DNA from: a virus
Length of the DNA stretch: 39,261 nt
IMG/VR virus record: IMGVR_UViG_3300022670_000245
Span: 1 to 39,261 of that record
Strand: one strand, 5' to 3'
The first letter of the stretch is position 1; every line of letters begins with the position of its first letter. Made by a program: the position numbers and the translations under genes. The notes below the pieces were generated by a model. It was not told the DNA's origin and did not search any database. It saw only the letters and a program-made list of their open reading frames with translations. Of this stretch, positions 25,703-33,608 are shown piece by piece.

Positions 25703-27724
25703 ATGAAAAAGTTTTTATCAATATTGATATTTTTCTTGTGCATTGTTGCGCACGGACAGATAACACCTGTTGTTGACGGGGTAAGATACATTCCATTAAC
25801 AACTGTCCAAATACTCGCCATTGTTTCACCTTCACAGGGCGAGACACAATACAGTAGCGACACAAAGACAAAATTCGAGTTCAACGGCACTATTTGGGTC
25901 GATACAGGAATAGCTGCGGCTGGGGATGTTACCGCAGCGGCAAACCTTGGGGATAATTTCCTCATTAGGGGCGACGGGGCAACCAAAGGCGTTCAAAATT
26001 CCGGCATTTCCATAAGCGATTTGGACGACATTACGGGCGCAAATGAAATAAACATTAAAACACTGCCCATTTTTCAGAGATTCGTGTCTTTATTGACTAC
26101 GGGAGTAGAACAAGGCGGGTTTCTTTCGCCAAATACAGATACCACTAAATTTGATATTTCCGACGGCAATGGCATTGTTATAGACCAATTTACAGACCCA
26201 GATAATCCAACATATACAGAGGTCAGTTGGTCTGGATTGACAGCTATTGTACCAACTTTTATAGCAACACAGGATATTTCACATATTGGCATAAATAGTG
26301 CGGGAACAGTAGTGCAACAAATTGCAGGGTTTACAGAGGAACAACACAGGAGCATTATTGTATTGGGGAGATTGGTGCATGCGGATAATGTAAATGTTTC
26401 CAGTGCTACAGATTTGTCCCATGTAATCAATCTTTATTTATCGGAGGATTTGGTCAGTGCGATTGGTAACATAAATGCCTTTGGGAACAACTTTAATGCT
26501 GCAAGCACAAATTTGACCATTAGAAAAGAGGCCGGGAAATCTTTTAGCCCGAGCGACAACAGAGTTACAAATCCTTTAGACCCAAACAATAAAACATCTG
26601 GAGTCCTTAATCCAGCAACATTTATATATGTGCATAACGATGGCAGTGGGGGAGCTACATCCAATCCGGGAGAAACAAACATAGACCCCGGCTTTTTTGA
26701 TGATGGAAGCGGAACCCTGCAAACAGTCGGGAACAATCAATGGACAAATAAACTTATTTATTTTTTCCCTAGCTCTGGAAATGTAATAGTTAGGTATGGG
26801 GAAGAGCTATTCAACTCTTTAATTTCAGCGGAAAACGCAGTATCAAAAATAACTCCAGCTGATGTAGAAGGTCTTACTAATGAGTTTGTTCGTACTGTTT
26901 TAACGGTAAAGGGCAATGAAACCGATTTATCAAGTGCAAACACAGCGTTTGCCAATACTGGTAAGTTTGGTTTAGACGGGGGCGTTATAGGAGGGGGCGG
27001 AGGTGCCATACAAGACCTACAGGATACTTATAACAATTCCGTAACGCCGGAAATAGTAACAGATGCAACAAGGGGAGCTGTATCTTTTAAAAGAGGAACA
27101 ACTTTGGACACGGATGATGTTTTTGAGGTGTTGAACGGAGCAGATGCACAAGCTTTTGGTGTTAAGGGCAACGGAAACATATTTACACTGGGAACGGTTG
27201 ATGGTGTAGATATAGCGAACGATGCAATTACATCCATAGGCGCAGGGAGAACAAATGTAATAGACATATCCCATATTTACGGACAGTTACAAGCGGATTT
27301 TGATACGGACGGCGCACCTCCTGCCGATGAATTTGTAGTTATTACGGACGCAATAGACGAAATGAAGTTTATTGTTCCATTGGGGGCTGTAGGCGTTGAT
27401 TTAACGGTTGCCACAAGCGTAACCCATATCCCTGTCCTTGACGCAATAACGATAACAAGGATAGAGGTTGATTTATTGGTGGCCGCTACAGGCGCAACGG
27501 CAACATTCGATATTAATTTAGACGACGGTACACCAGCGTCTATTTTAAGTACAAAATTAACCCTTGATACAGGGGAACGATTTTCTAGTACCGCAGCTAC
27601 ACCGCCTGTTATTTCAGACGCAACAATACCAGCGGATTCATTCTTAACATTTGATGTTGATGTGATTGGTTCGACTATAGCCGGGTCTGACGGAACTATA
27701 ACGATTTATTACACAATAGACTAA
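25703..27724 (+). CDS. Large fibre/adhesin-like protein with predicted signal peptide (673 aa)
   Basis: The N-terminus is MKKFLSILIFFLCIVAHG|QITP. It is followed by PLTTVQILAIVSPSQGETQYSSDTKTKFEFNGTIWV (a motif common in Bacteroidota surface and fibre proteins) and GDNFLIRGDGATKGVQNSGISISD. Confidence 0.7.
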   Translation: MKKFLSILIFFLCIVAHGQITPVVDGVRYIPLTTVQILAIVSPSQGETQYSSDTKTKFEFNGTIWVDTGIAAAGDVTAAANLGDNFLIRGDGATKGVQNSGISISDLDDITGANEINIKTLPIFQRFVSLLTTGVEQGGFLSPNTDTTKFDISDGNGIVIDQFTDPDNPTYTEVSWSGLTAIVPTFIATQDISHIGINSAGTVVQQIAGFTEEQHRSIIVLGRLVHADNVNVSSATDLSHVINLYLSEDLVSAIGNINAFGNNFNAASTNLTIRKEAGKSFSPSDNRVTNPLDPNNKTSGVLNPATFIYVHNDGSGGATSNPGETNIDPGFFDDGSGTLQTVGNNQWTNKLIYFFPSSGNVIVRYGEELFNSLISAENAVSKITPADVEGLTNEFVRTVLTVKGNETDLSSANTAFANTGKFGLDGGVIGGGGGAIQDLQDTYNNSVTPEIVTDATRGAVSFKRGTTLDTDDVFEVLNGADAQAFGVKGNGNIFTLGTVDGVDIANDAITSIGAGRTNVIDISHIYGQLQADFDTDGAPPADEFVVITDAIDEMKFIVPLGAVGVDLTVATSVTHIPVLDAITITRIEVDLLVAATGATATFDINLDDGTPASILSTKLTLDTGERFSSTAATPPVISDATIPADSFLTFDVDVIGSTIAGSDGTITIYYTID

Positions 27725-28251
27725 TGAAGTATTTATTCGTTTTATTTTTTGTTTGCCAATTTGCCCAAGGGCAGATAGTAGATAGGTTTATAAGGTTTGT
27801 TGCAAGTCCGCTTTATGATTTTAACAATGCGGCAACACCTGCCCCAAACGAGGTTAACGGGGTAGTCGGGTGGACAGTAGGAGTGCTTACGTCAGTTTCA
27901 TCTACATCCACAGACCCATTTGAAGGGAGTTTTAGGATAGAAATGTTGCACACAGGTGGAACGGATGAATTTTCTAGCCTATTTGCGGAACTAAATTTGG
28001 AGAATGGGGCTACATACCAAATAGATGTACATACCCAAGAGCTTGTGAGCACTAATTTTCAAGTATCATTGCGTACCGATGCAGGGTGGACAGTTGCAGA
28101 TACAAAAAACACGCCTTCGGGTGGATGGCAACTAATAACCGTCACGGCGACTACAAATACAACAACGCCACGGCTAAGATTTAGCACGACCGCTTCTGGC
28201 GACGGGGGTGATAAATTAGGGATTGACAATATAGTTATCACAAAATTATGA
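27724..28251 (+). CDS. Secreted beta-sandwich/CBM-like protein (175 aa)
   Basis: N-terminus MKYLFVLFFVCQFAQG|QIVD. The C-terminus ...RLRFSTTASGDGGDKLGIDNIVITKL is typical of carbohydrate-binding-module endings. TAATG overlap upstream. Confidence 0.65.
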   Translation: MKYLFVLFFVCQFAQGQIVDRFIRFVASPLYDFNNAATPAPNEVNGVVGWTVGVLTSVSSTSTDPFEGSFRIEMLHTGGTDEFSSLFAELNLENGATYQIDVHTQELVSTNFQVSLRTDAGWTVADTKNTPSGGWQLITVTATTNTTTPRLRFSTTASGDGGDKLGIDNIVITKL

Positions 28252-29762
28252 GAAAACTATTTTATATATTAACTATTTGCTTCGCATTGGTAAGTTTTAA
28301 GCCCAGCATGGACTTGGAGAATTATGTAATGGTAAATACCATAGTTTTAACAGACGCTGATATTTTAGCCTTTCCTGGGGCAGTAGGCCATGGAAAAAAT
28401 GCAACAGGCGGCAGGGCCGGCACAACTATTTATGTAACTAATTTAAATAATTCCGGCTCTGGAAGCTTTAGGGAAGCGGTGACTACGGCCGGCGCTAGAA
28501 TAGTTCTATTTAAAACAGGCGGAACAATAACTTTAACAACCGACATAACAATTACAACCGACGATTTAACCATAGCGGGAGAAACTTCGGCCGGTGATGG
28601 TATTGCCATCTACGGAAAAACCGTAAAATTTAGTAACTGTGATAACATTATAGTAAAAAACATAAGGTTTAGGGGCGGCGATACTGCCACTGATGATTCG
28701 GTCAGATTGGTTCAAACAAGTTCGACCGTAGAAATGAATGGATTTATTTTTGACCATTGTTCTATTAGTTGGGGTGCCGATGAAAATTTCGGTTCTGGCG
28801 GTGCTCGTGGGGATGCAGAAATTACAAATGTAACTGTGTCTAATTCAATAATCTCCGAAACATTTAATATTCTAGGGGTATTAATGTTTCATGAAACCAC
28901 GAATTATAGTTATATAAGAAATCTTTTTGCACACAACACAGATAGGAATATTCACGCATCTACAGAAACAAGTTCTTTTGAGTTTATCAACAATTTTGTT
29001 TATGGCTTTAGATTCGGAACACATCCAACTGTTTTGAATGACCATGATATAATCGGAAATGTATATGTTGATGGTCACGATACTTCTACGGAAGTTATAA
29101 AACTTCAAGGATGCATTAATAATTGTGACCCTGACATAACCTCTGGTGCCGGCACTAATTGGTTTGTTGATGATAATACGTTCGATGGCGCAGATGCAGA
29201 TGCGGTCGGGGGCAGGTACAACGACCAGGCAGAAAGCGGAACACCTGTTTTAAGTTCAGGGTATAGCGCATTAGCGAATGCGGTAGTACAAGATAGCGTT
29301 TTAGCGTTTTCAGGAGCCAGAGCAAGGATGGAGGGTGTTGATGCTTTGGACGCACACATGAGGGCAGACGCTTTGAATGGAAGCGCAGGAGGGTATGTTA
29401 CTTTAGAGTCCCAGACTACAGGATTACCAACTTTATCGGCTGGAACGGCTTATACAGATACCGACAACGACGGCCTGAGTGATGCCTATGAAACAGATAA
29501 TGGCGGGAGTGTAACAGCATCAACTAGGCCGTCAACAGCAATTATAAGCAACGGGACAATAATAGACCAATCAGGGGTTACAAGTTTTGCAACACTTGGA
29601 TACACTCATTTGGATATATTTTTAGCTGATCTGGCCAACGATTGGGATGGTTTTGAAGTTACAAGCTCCGGCCCAGTATCGTCTAACATAATACGAGCGC
29701 ACAAAATAAGACTAGGAACAGGTGGCGGGGGAGCATTTTTAGGAACTAATAAAATAAATTGA
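28248..29762 (+). CDS. Pectate-lyase-like (PL1-type right-handed beta-helix) polysaccharide lyase with N-terminal hydrophobic signal/anchor and a Ca-binding TSP3-like repeat
   Basis: AFPGAVGHGKNATGGRAGTTIYVTNLNNSGSGSFREAV...LTIAGETSAGDGIAI...IFDHCSISWGADEN...NLFAHNTDRN matches the PL1 pattern from memory. DTDNDGLSDAYE at 29457-29492. Confidence 0.8.
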   Translation: MRKLFYILTICFALVSFKPSMDLENYVMVNTIVLTDADILAFPGAVGHGKNATGGRAGTTIYVTNLNNSGSGSFREAVTTAGARIVLFKTGGTITLTTDITITTDDLTIAGETSAGDGIAIYGKTVKFSNCDNIIVKNIRFRGGDTATDDSVRLVQTSSTVEMNGFIFDHCSISWGADENFGSGGARGDAEITNVTVSNSIISETFNILGVLMFHETTNYSYIRNLFAHNTDRNIHASTETSSFEFINNFVYGFRFGTHPTVLNDHDIIGNVYVDGHDTSTEVIKLQGCINNCDPDITSGAGTNWFVDDNTFDGADADAVGGRYNDQAESGTPVLSSGYSALANAVVQDSVLAFSGARARMEGVDALDAHMRADALNGSAGGYVTLESQTTGLPTLSAGTAYTDTDNDGLSDAYETDNGGSVTASTRPSTAIISNGTIIDQSGVTSFATLGYTHLDIFLADLANDWDGFEVTSSGPVSSNIIRAHKIRLGTGGGGAFLGTNKIN

Positions 29763-29763
29763 T

Positions 29764-30015
29764 ATGAGTATATTTAAAGATGATTTAGGTGAGTGGAGTA
29801 GTAAAAGAACTGTAGGAATTTCTTATGCGGCTTTAGGTGCTTTAATGGTTATTGGCGGCATGTTTCTATCAGGCTATGAAACGGATATAGACATACTTAT
29901 TGTTGTCATAGGAACGTCGTTAGCGGCATTGGGAATTGCAGCGATACCAAAGAAGCCTAAAATACAAAGCATCACACCGCCACCAGGATCGCCCCCAAAA
30001 GGGAATGACCCGTGA
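29764..30015 (+). CDS. Holin-like protein (83 aa, 2 TM, Pro/Lys-rich C-terminus)
   Basis: TVGISYAALGALMVIGGMFLSGY and IDILIVVIGTSLAALGIAAI, then KKPKIQSITPPPGSPPKGNDP. Confidence 0.6.
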   Translation: MSIFKDDLGEWSSKRTVGISYAALGALMVIGGMFLSGYETDIDILIVVIGTSLAALGIAAIPKKPKIQSITPPPGSPPKGNDP

Positions 30016-30368
30016 TAATTAAAATAAAGAACCTGTGTTTATACCTAACGGCTTTGATGGTCGTTGGGTCTAACATATGTAATTACTTCTTCATTCAAGA
30101 TAGGGATTTACAGTGGAGAGTAGCGATGGTTTCAATTGCAGCGGTCATGTTTTTGATGGCCTTATATGTTTGGCTGAACGAATCATTAAAAAGAAAAGGG
30201 ATTTCGATTATAGTTTCTGGATGGGTCGCCTTATACCTGTCCTTTGATTTGGTGGGAGTTTTGGCCGGTTATAATTTGCATGTTAAAGGATTCATGGTAA
30301 TATTGTTTATAACAACATTTCTAGGGATTTCACATTTATCTATAAGGCTATGGCAGAAATATTATTAA
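30012..30368 (+). CDS. Membrane protein, about 4 TM (118 aa, GTG start)
   Basis: GTGA overlap with the upstream stop. Four hydrophobic stretches. Confidence 0.55.
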   Translation: MIIKIKNLCLYLTALMVVGSNICNYFFIQDRDLQWRVAMVSIAAVMFLMALYVWLNESLKRKGISIIVSGWVALYLSFDLVGVLAGYNLHVKGFMVILFITTFLGISHLSIRLWQKYY

Positions 30369-30658
30369 TGAAAAGTTTAAAGGCGTTATTATCATTCTTT
30401 TGTTATTTCGGCACGGGCATAGTGGCGATGGACGCTTTTGTTTTACAAACACTAGATAATGAAATACTTAATTTCAGCCCATCAACAAGAAAGATAATTT
30501 TTATACTTTTTGTTATTTTGTCAGTGGTCAATATAGTTTGGAAAGTATACGAAAAATTTTATTTAGAGGCCAAAGAAAGAAAGCAAGGCATTGAAAAGAT
30601 GGCTGAAGAAATAAAGAAAATGAAAGAAGGCCATGAAAAAGAGAGCAAAACCCCCTGA
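30368..30658 (+). CDS. Second holin-like membrane protein (96 aa, 2 TM, charged C-terminus)
   Basis: ATG 30368 gives a TAATG overlap (track start 30350 is in the same frame). ALLSFFCYFGTGIVAMDAFVL, IIFILFVILSVVNIVW, then a KE-rich tail. Confidence 0.55.
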   Translation: MKSLKALLSFFCYFGTGIVAMDAFVLQTLDNEILNFSPSTRKIIFILFVILSVVNIVWKVYEKFYLEAKERKQGIEKMAEEIKKMKEGHEKESKTP

Positions 30659-30751
30659 TCCACGGCCTTATTTATGTAAAGTTACCCCACATAAAAACGG
30701 TAGGCCGATATTAAACCTTGAAAGATTCGTAGATAAACCTTATAAAAAGTA

Positions 30752-30976
30752 ATGTTAAAAACGAATACATTTATAAACAACAATTGGAAATGGATTTTAG
30801 GTCTGTTCGCTTATGTTGTGGTCGGGTATTCAGGATATAAGGGAATGCAGACCGATGTAGAAACGAACACTAGAAGACTGCAAACGTATATTAACGAAAT
30901 AAAAGAGCTTAAAAATGACGTGAACGGCCTTAAAATAGATATTGCTATACTAACAGCTAATCAAGATTGCAAATGA
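30752..30976 (+). CDS. N-terminally anchored coiled-coil protein (74 aa; i-spanin-like architecture)
   Basis: WKWILGLFAYVVVGYSGY followed by heptad-like RRLQTYINEIKELKNDVNGLKIDIAIL. Confidence 0.5.
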   Translation: MLKTNTFINNNWKWILGLFAYVVVGYSGYKGMQTDVETNTRRLQTYINEIKELKNDVNGLKIDIAILTANQDCK

Positions 30977-31404
30977 AAGATGTATATGTTATCCGGGATT
31001 TATTTTTTGATGGAAAGGCCAGTTTAGGGACTTGCTTTGTGTATGATGGCAAAAAACAATTGTTCAAAAGCGATAGTTTAGAAAGGGGATGGGTCAACAA
31101 TGAAAGCAGAATAAGTTGTATTCCTACCGGAAATTACGAACTTGTATTAGAACATAGCAATAAGTTCAAAAAAGACCTTTGGGAAATAAAAGGGGTTCAC
31201 GGAAGAAGCGAATGTAAATTTCATGCTGCCAATTATTGGAAACAATTAAACGGATGTATAGCCCTTGGAAAGAACAGAAAGTATATTGATGGGGATTCAA
31301 TCATGGACGTAACCAGTAGTAGGGACACGATGAAACTGTTTCACAATGCTTTAGACGGGGATAAGTTCGCTAACTTGCATGTGATTGACATTTTAAACTT
31401 ATGA
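30973..31404 (+). CDS. DUF5675-like protein (143 aa); candidate non-canonical cell-wall hydrolase
   Basis: RISCIPTGNY and KFHAANYWKQLNGCIALG match my recollection of DUF5675 (SCIP.G.Y ... H.GN....GCI.lG). ATG 30973 gives an ATGA overlap (track start 30967 is TTG). Confidence 0.6.
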   Translation: MKDVYVIRDLFFDGKASLGTCFVYDGKKQLFKSDSLERGWVNNESRISCIPTGNYELVLEHSNKFKKDLWEIKGVHGRSECKFHAANYWKQLNGCIALGKNRKYIDGDSIMDVTSSRDTMKLFHNALDGDKFANLHVIDILNL

Positions 31405-31423
31405 TAACGTAGTATAAAAAACA

Positions 31424-31567
31424 CTACTTTGGCAGTAATTTAAAACGCACTGTTACAAATGGTGTCCATTTATATCCTTTAATGTAAATCCTTTGATAAA
31501 TTCTTCTTAATCTACCCCCACTCGCTCCATTATTCCAAGTGCCAAAATTTAATATTATCAGTTTCAT
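31424..31567 (-). CDS. Possible small basic ORF (47 aa), last gene of the leftward cassette
   Basis: Hand translation: MKLIILNFGTWNNGASGGRLRRIYQRIYIKGYKWTPFVTVRFKLLPK. Lies 32 nt downstream of the 194-aa gene. Confidence 0.3.
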   Translation of the reverse strand: MKLIILNFGTWNNGASGGRLRRIYQRIYIKGYKWTPFVTVRFKLLPK

Positions 31568-31599
31568 ATCCATATTATTTAAAATTAATATTATTCGCA

Positions 31600-32184
31600 T
31601 TATAATAAAAGAAGAACAAATATAGCGGTTCCAAAAATCCCAATTCCAACACCCTTTACCAAACTTCCATTTCTACATTTCTTGGCGGCATACCTTAGAC
31701 CTTCTTTGTATTCCGTTATTATTTCGGTCTTTATAAGCACGACCCCCTTACAATTTTCAAGCTGTACCTTTTGATTATCTACAACCCTTCTTAGAATTTC
31801 CACTTCTTCTATTGATTGTGCACCATACGATGCGATTAGCGAGCGTTTTGTATTATTATTGTAACTACCGCCATAAATGACTATACCCCTTGTTAGAATC
31901 GTTCTTTCGTTGTTTATTGTGGTTGTTTCGGTTATTGGATTGGCCCGTTCAATCCTTCGTTGGGTGCTGTCTATCTTAATCTGGAAGTTTAGAACTTGGT
32001 TTAGGTTTGCTAGTTGTGCGTTTCTTGCTTCCAATAGAATCACCTGTTCGTTTTTCTTGGCCTCAAAGGATTGCGCCTGTTCAAATCGTTTTTGGACTTT
32101 GTTGTTTGAATTTAACGTGCAGATAAAATATCCGAGCACTATTCCGAATATTCCTAACAATATGTGTGTTGTGTATTTGTTCAT
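31600..32184 (-). CDS. Membrane protein with TM helices at both termini and a central coiled-coil/beta region (194 aa)
   Basis: N-terminal HILLGIFGIVLGYFICTL, C-terminal GVGIGIFGTAIFVLLLL, central QAQSFEAKKNEQVILLEARNAQLANLNQVL. Confidence 0.65.
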   Translation of the reverse strand: MNKYTTHILLGIFGIVLGYFICTLNSNNKVQKRFEQAQSFEAKKNEQVILLEARNAQLANLNQVLNFQIKIDSTQRRIERANPITETTTINNERTILTRGIVIYGGSYNNNTKRSLIASYGAQSIEEVEILRRVVDNQKVQLENCKGVVLIKTEIITEYKEGLRYAAKKCRNGSLVKGVGIGIFGTAIFVLLLL

Positions 32185-32209
32185 AATTTACAATATTTGT
32201 GTTGTTCTT

Positions 32210-32389
32210 CTATATGTTTTTGATTCTGCCCAAAAAAAACCAAGCAACCCAATAAATGCACGTCCCTGCTAAAAATTCAAATATAAGAATTGTAATTTCC
32301 TTCTCATCACCATAGGCCATCTTAGAAAGAGATTGCAGAAAAAGACATATTGGTAATGCCACCGCAAATGATAATATACTTCTTTTCAT
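32210..32389 (-). CDS. Possible small 2-TM membrane protein (59 aa)
   Basis: Hand translation: MKRSILSFAVALPICLFLQSLSKMAYGDEKEITILIFEFLAGTCIYWVAWFFLGRIKNI. Confidence 0.4.
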   Translation of the reverse strand: MKRSILSFAVALPICLFLQSLSKMAYGDEKEITILIFEFLAGTCIYWVAWFFLGRIKNI

Positions 32390-32444
32390 AATTATTCTAT
32401 TTGATTATTTAAACTTTCGATAACGTATAACAAAAATACACTCA

Positions 32445-32594
32445 TTAAGGTTCTGTACCTGTCCTTAAATAGTAGTCTACAGATTCATAAGCCTCGTCTT
32501 TATGAAATATGTAATTATCTCTCAATCTATAAGACCTGCCCCTAAATTGTTTATCATCTCTAAAGAATTTATTGTATGCTTGTTCTCTTCTCAT
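32445..32594 (-). CDS. Possible small basic ORF (49 aa)
   Basis: Hand translation: MRREQAYNKFFRDDKQFRGRSYRLRDNYIFHKDEAYESVDYYLRTGTEP. Confidence 0.35.
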   Translation of the reverse strand: MRREQAYNKFFRDDKQFRGRSYRLRDNYIFHKDEAYESVDYYLRTGTEP

Positions 32595-32673
32595 ATCATT
32601 CGCTTTAAATTTGTTATACAATACGTTATCAAAAACAGTTAATTACTCTCTATTATAGGGCTTTGTTAATCGG

Positions 32674-32817
32674 TTAATTTCGTTTTCCTTTTGAACCTAT
32701 CATCCAACCAAAAACCTTTGGGGCAAATCTTCCCAACGGTATTTTTAACTCTTCGCTTATGTTCCAGATACGGGAGGCTATAAATTGCAATGGGGTTTCG
32801 CCTTTCCAAAATTTCAT
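32674..32817 (-). CDS. Small ORF (47 aa)
   Basis: Internal ATG 32817 forms an ATGA overlap with the stop of the upstream gene. MKFWKGETPLQFIASRIWNISEELKIPLGRF... Confidence 0.45.
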   Translation of the reverse strand: MKFWKGETPLQFIASRIWNISEELKIPLGRFAPKVFGWMIGSKGKRN

Positions 32818-32996
32818 CTTACAACCTCCCAAAACTGTTCTGTATTGTACATTCTTGTTAATGGGCATCCGTCTTCTTTAAAAGACAAAACACCGCTAAT
32901 ATTAACAATCTTTTCGTGTGTGGGGTTATTGTGTTTGTTGTAAATAGTATCCCCGTCCTTTATTACTATTCCATTTTTGTCTTTGAATTCTTCCAT
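32814..32996 (-). CDS. Hypothetical small protein (60 aa)
   Basis: Track ORF: MEEFKDKNGIVIKDGDTIYNKHNNPTHEKIV... Confidence 0.5.
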   Translation of the reverse strand: MEEFKDKNGIVIKDGDTIYNKHNNPTHEKIVNISGVLSFKEDGCPLTRMYNTEQFWEVVR

Positions 32997-33006
32997 TATA
33001 TTTGTA

Positions 33007-33165
33007 TTAGTTGTTTTCTTTATTTGCTTTATTTATTAAGTATCCTATATACCCGCTAACATTTGATTTGTTCTTTCCCATTGCCCTGTTCCATTCCAGG
33101 GAATTTTTTACCGCTGTTTCGTGTAGGTCTTTGTCCAGCGTTATTGCATATGTTTTTGTTGCCAT
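33007..33165 (-). CDS. Ribbon-helix-helix (Arc/CopG-like) DNA-binding protein (52 aa)
   Basis: Hand translation: MATKTYAITLDKDLHETAVKNSLEWNRAMGKNKSNVSGYIGYLINKANKENN. It has an N-terminal beta-strand (KTYAITLDKDL) followed by two helices. Confidence 0.45.
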   Translation of the reverse strand: MATKTYAITLDKDLHETAVKNSLEWNRAMGKNKSNVSGYIGYLINKANKENN

Positions 33166-33177
33166 TGTTTTTTAATT

Positions 33178-33393
33178 TTACAATTTAAGCCCCATTACAT
33201 TATCAGCCCATTCAAGTGCTTTCGTCTGGGTTGCCATAATTACCAAGGTTACGGGGTATAATATCCAACAAGTCCAATAAGGGGGGTGGTCTTCAGCGGC
33301 AAGAGCAAAAGGATAAACTATTGCGACCATTAAAACGCTCATACTGAAAATAATGTAAATCAACACTAATAATCTATTTAATAAATTTTTCAT
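33178..33393 (-). CDS. Small 2-TM membrane protein (71 aa)
   Basis: ATG 33393 used (track start 33426 is TTG). LLVLIYIIFSMSVLMVAIVYPFALAA and WTCWILYPVTLVIMATQ. Confidence 0.5.
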   Translation of the reverse strand: MKNLLNRLLVLIYIIFSMSVLMVAIVYPFALAAEDHPPYWTCWILYPVTLVIMATQTKALEWADNVMGLKL

Positions 33394-33401
33394 AATAGTT
33401 T

Positions 33402-33572
33402 TTAATTTAAAAAGTCCTTTGTCCAAATTTCAGTTATGGAATATTTCTCTATACACCGAGTCGGTATGTTTAACCTAGTAAGCTGGTGACACTTACAAAC
33501 ACCTCTACAATAAACACAACTGCTGATACAGTCTTTACCCTGCTTCGCCTCCTGCAAGGCTGGTAATGTCAT
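33402..33572 (-). CDS. Possible Cys-rich small ORF (56 aa)
   Basis: Hand translation: MTLPALQEAKQGKDCISSCVYCRGVCKCHQLTRLNIPTRCIEKYSITEIWTKDFLN. It fills the gap between track ORFs. Confidence 0.3.
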   Translation of the reverse strand: MTLPALQEAKQGKDCISSCVYCRGVCKCHQLTRLNIPTRCIEKYSITEIWTKDFLN

Positions 33573-33608
33573 CTTCAAGCAAAGGACTTTAATTGTTAAT
33601 CAATACTT

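Noticed and set aside
31409-31427. GTAGT-N9-ACTAC hairpin between the convergent lysis and leftward blocks as a bidirectional terminator
   Set aside because: It has only a 5-bp AT-rich stem with a weak U-tract, and it overlaps the stop of the possible 47-aa ORF. That is too weak to call.
31877-32272. A 131-aa + strand ORF opposite the 194-aa leftward gene
   Set aside because: Its product looks like antisense noise (FLASNRITCSFFLASKDCACSNRFW...). The minus-strand product has a coherent TM / coiled-coil / TM architecture and sits in a run of minus-strand ORFs.
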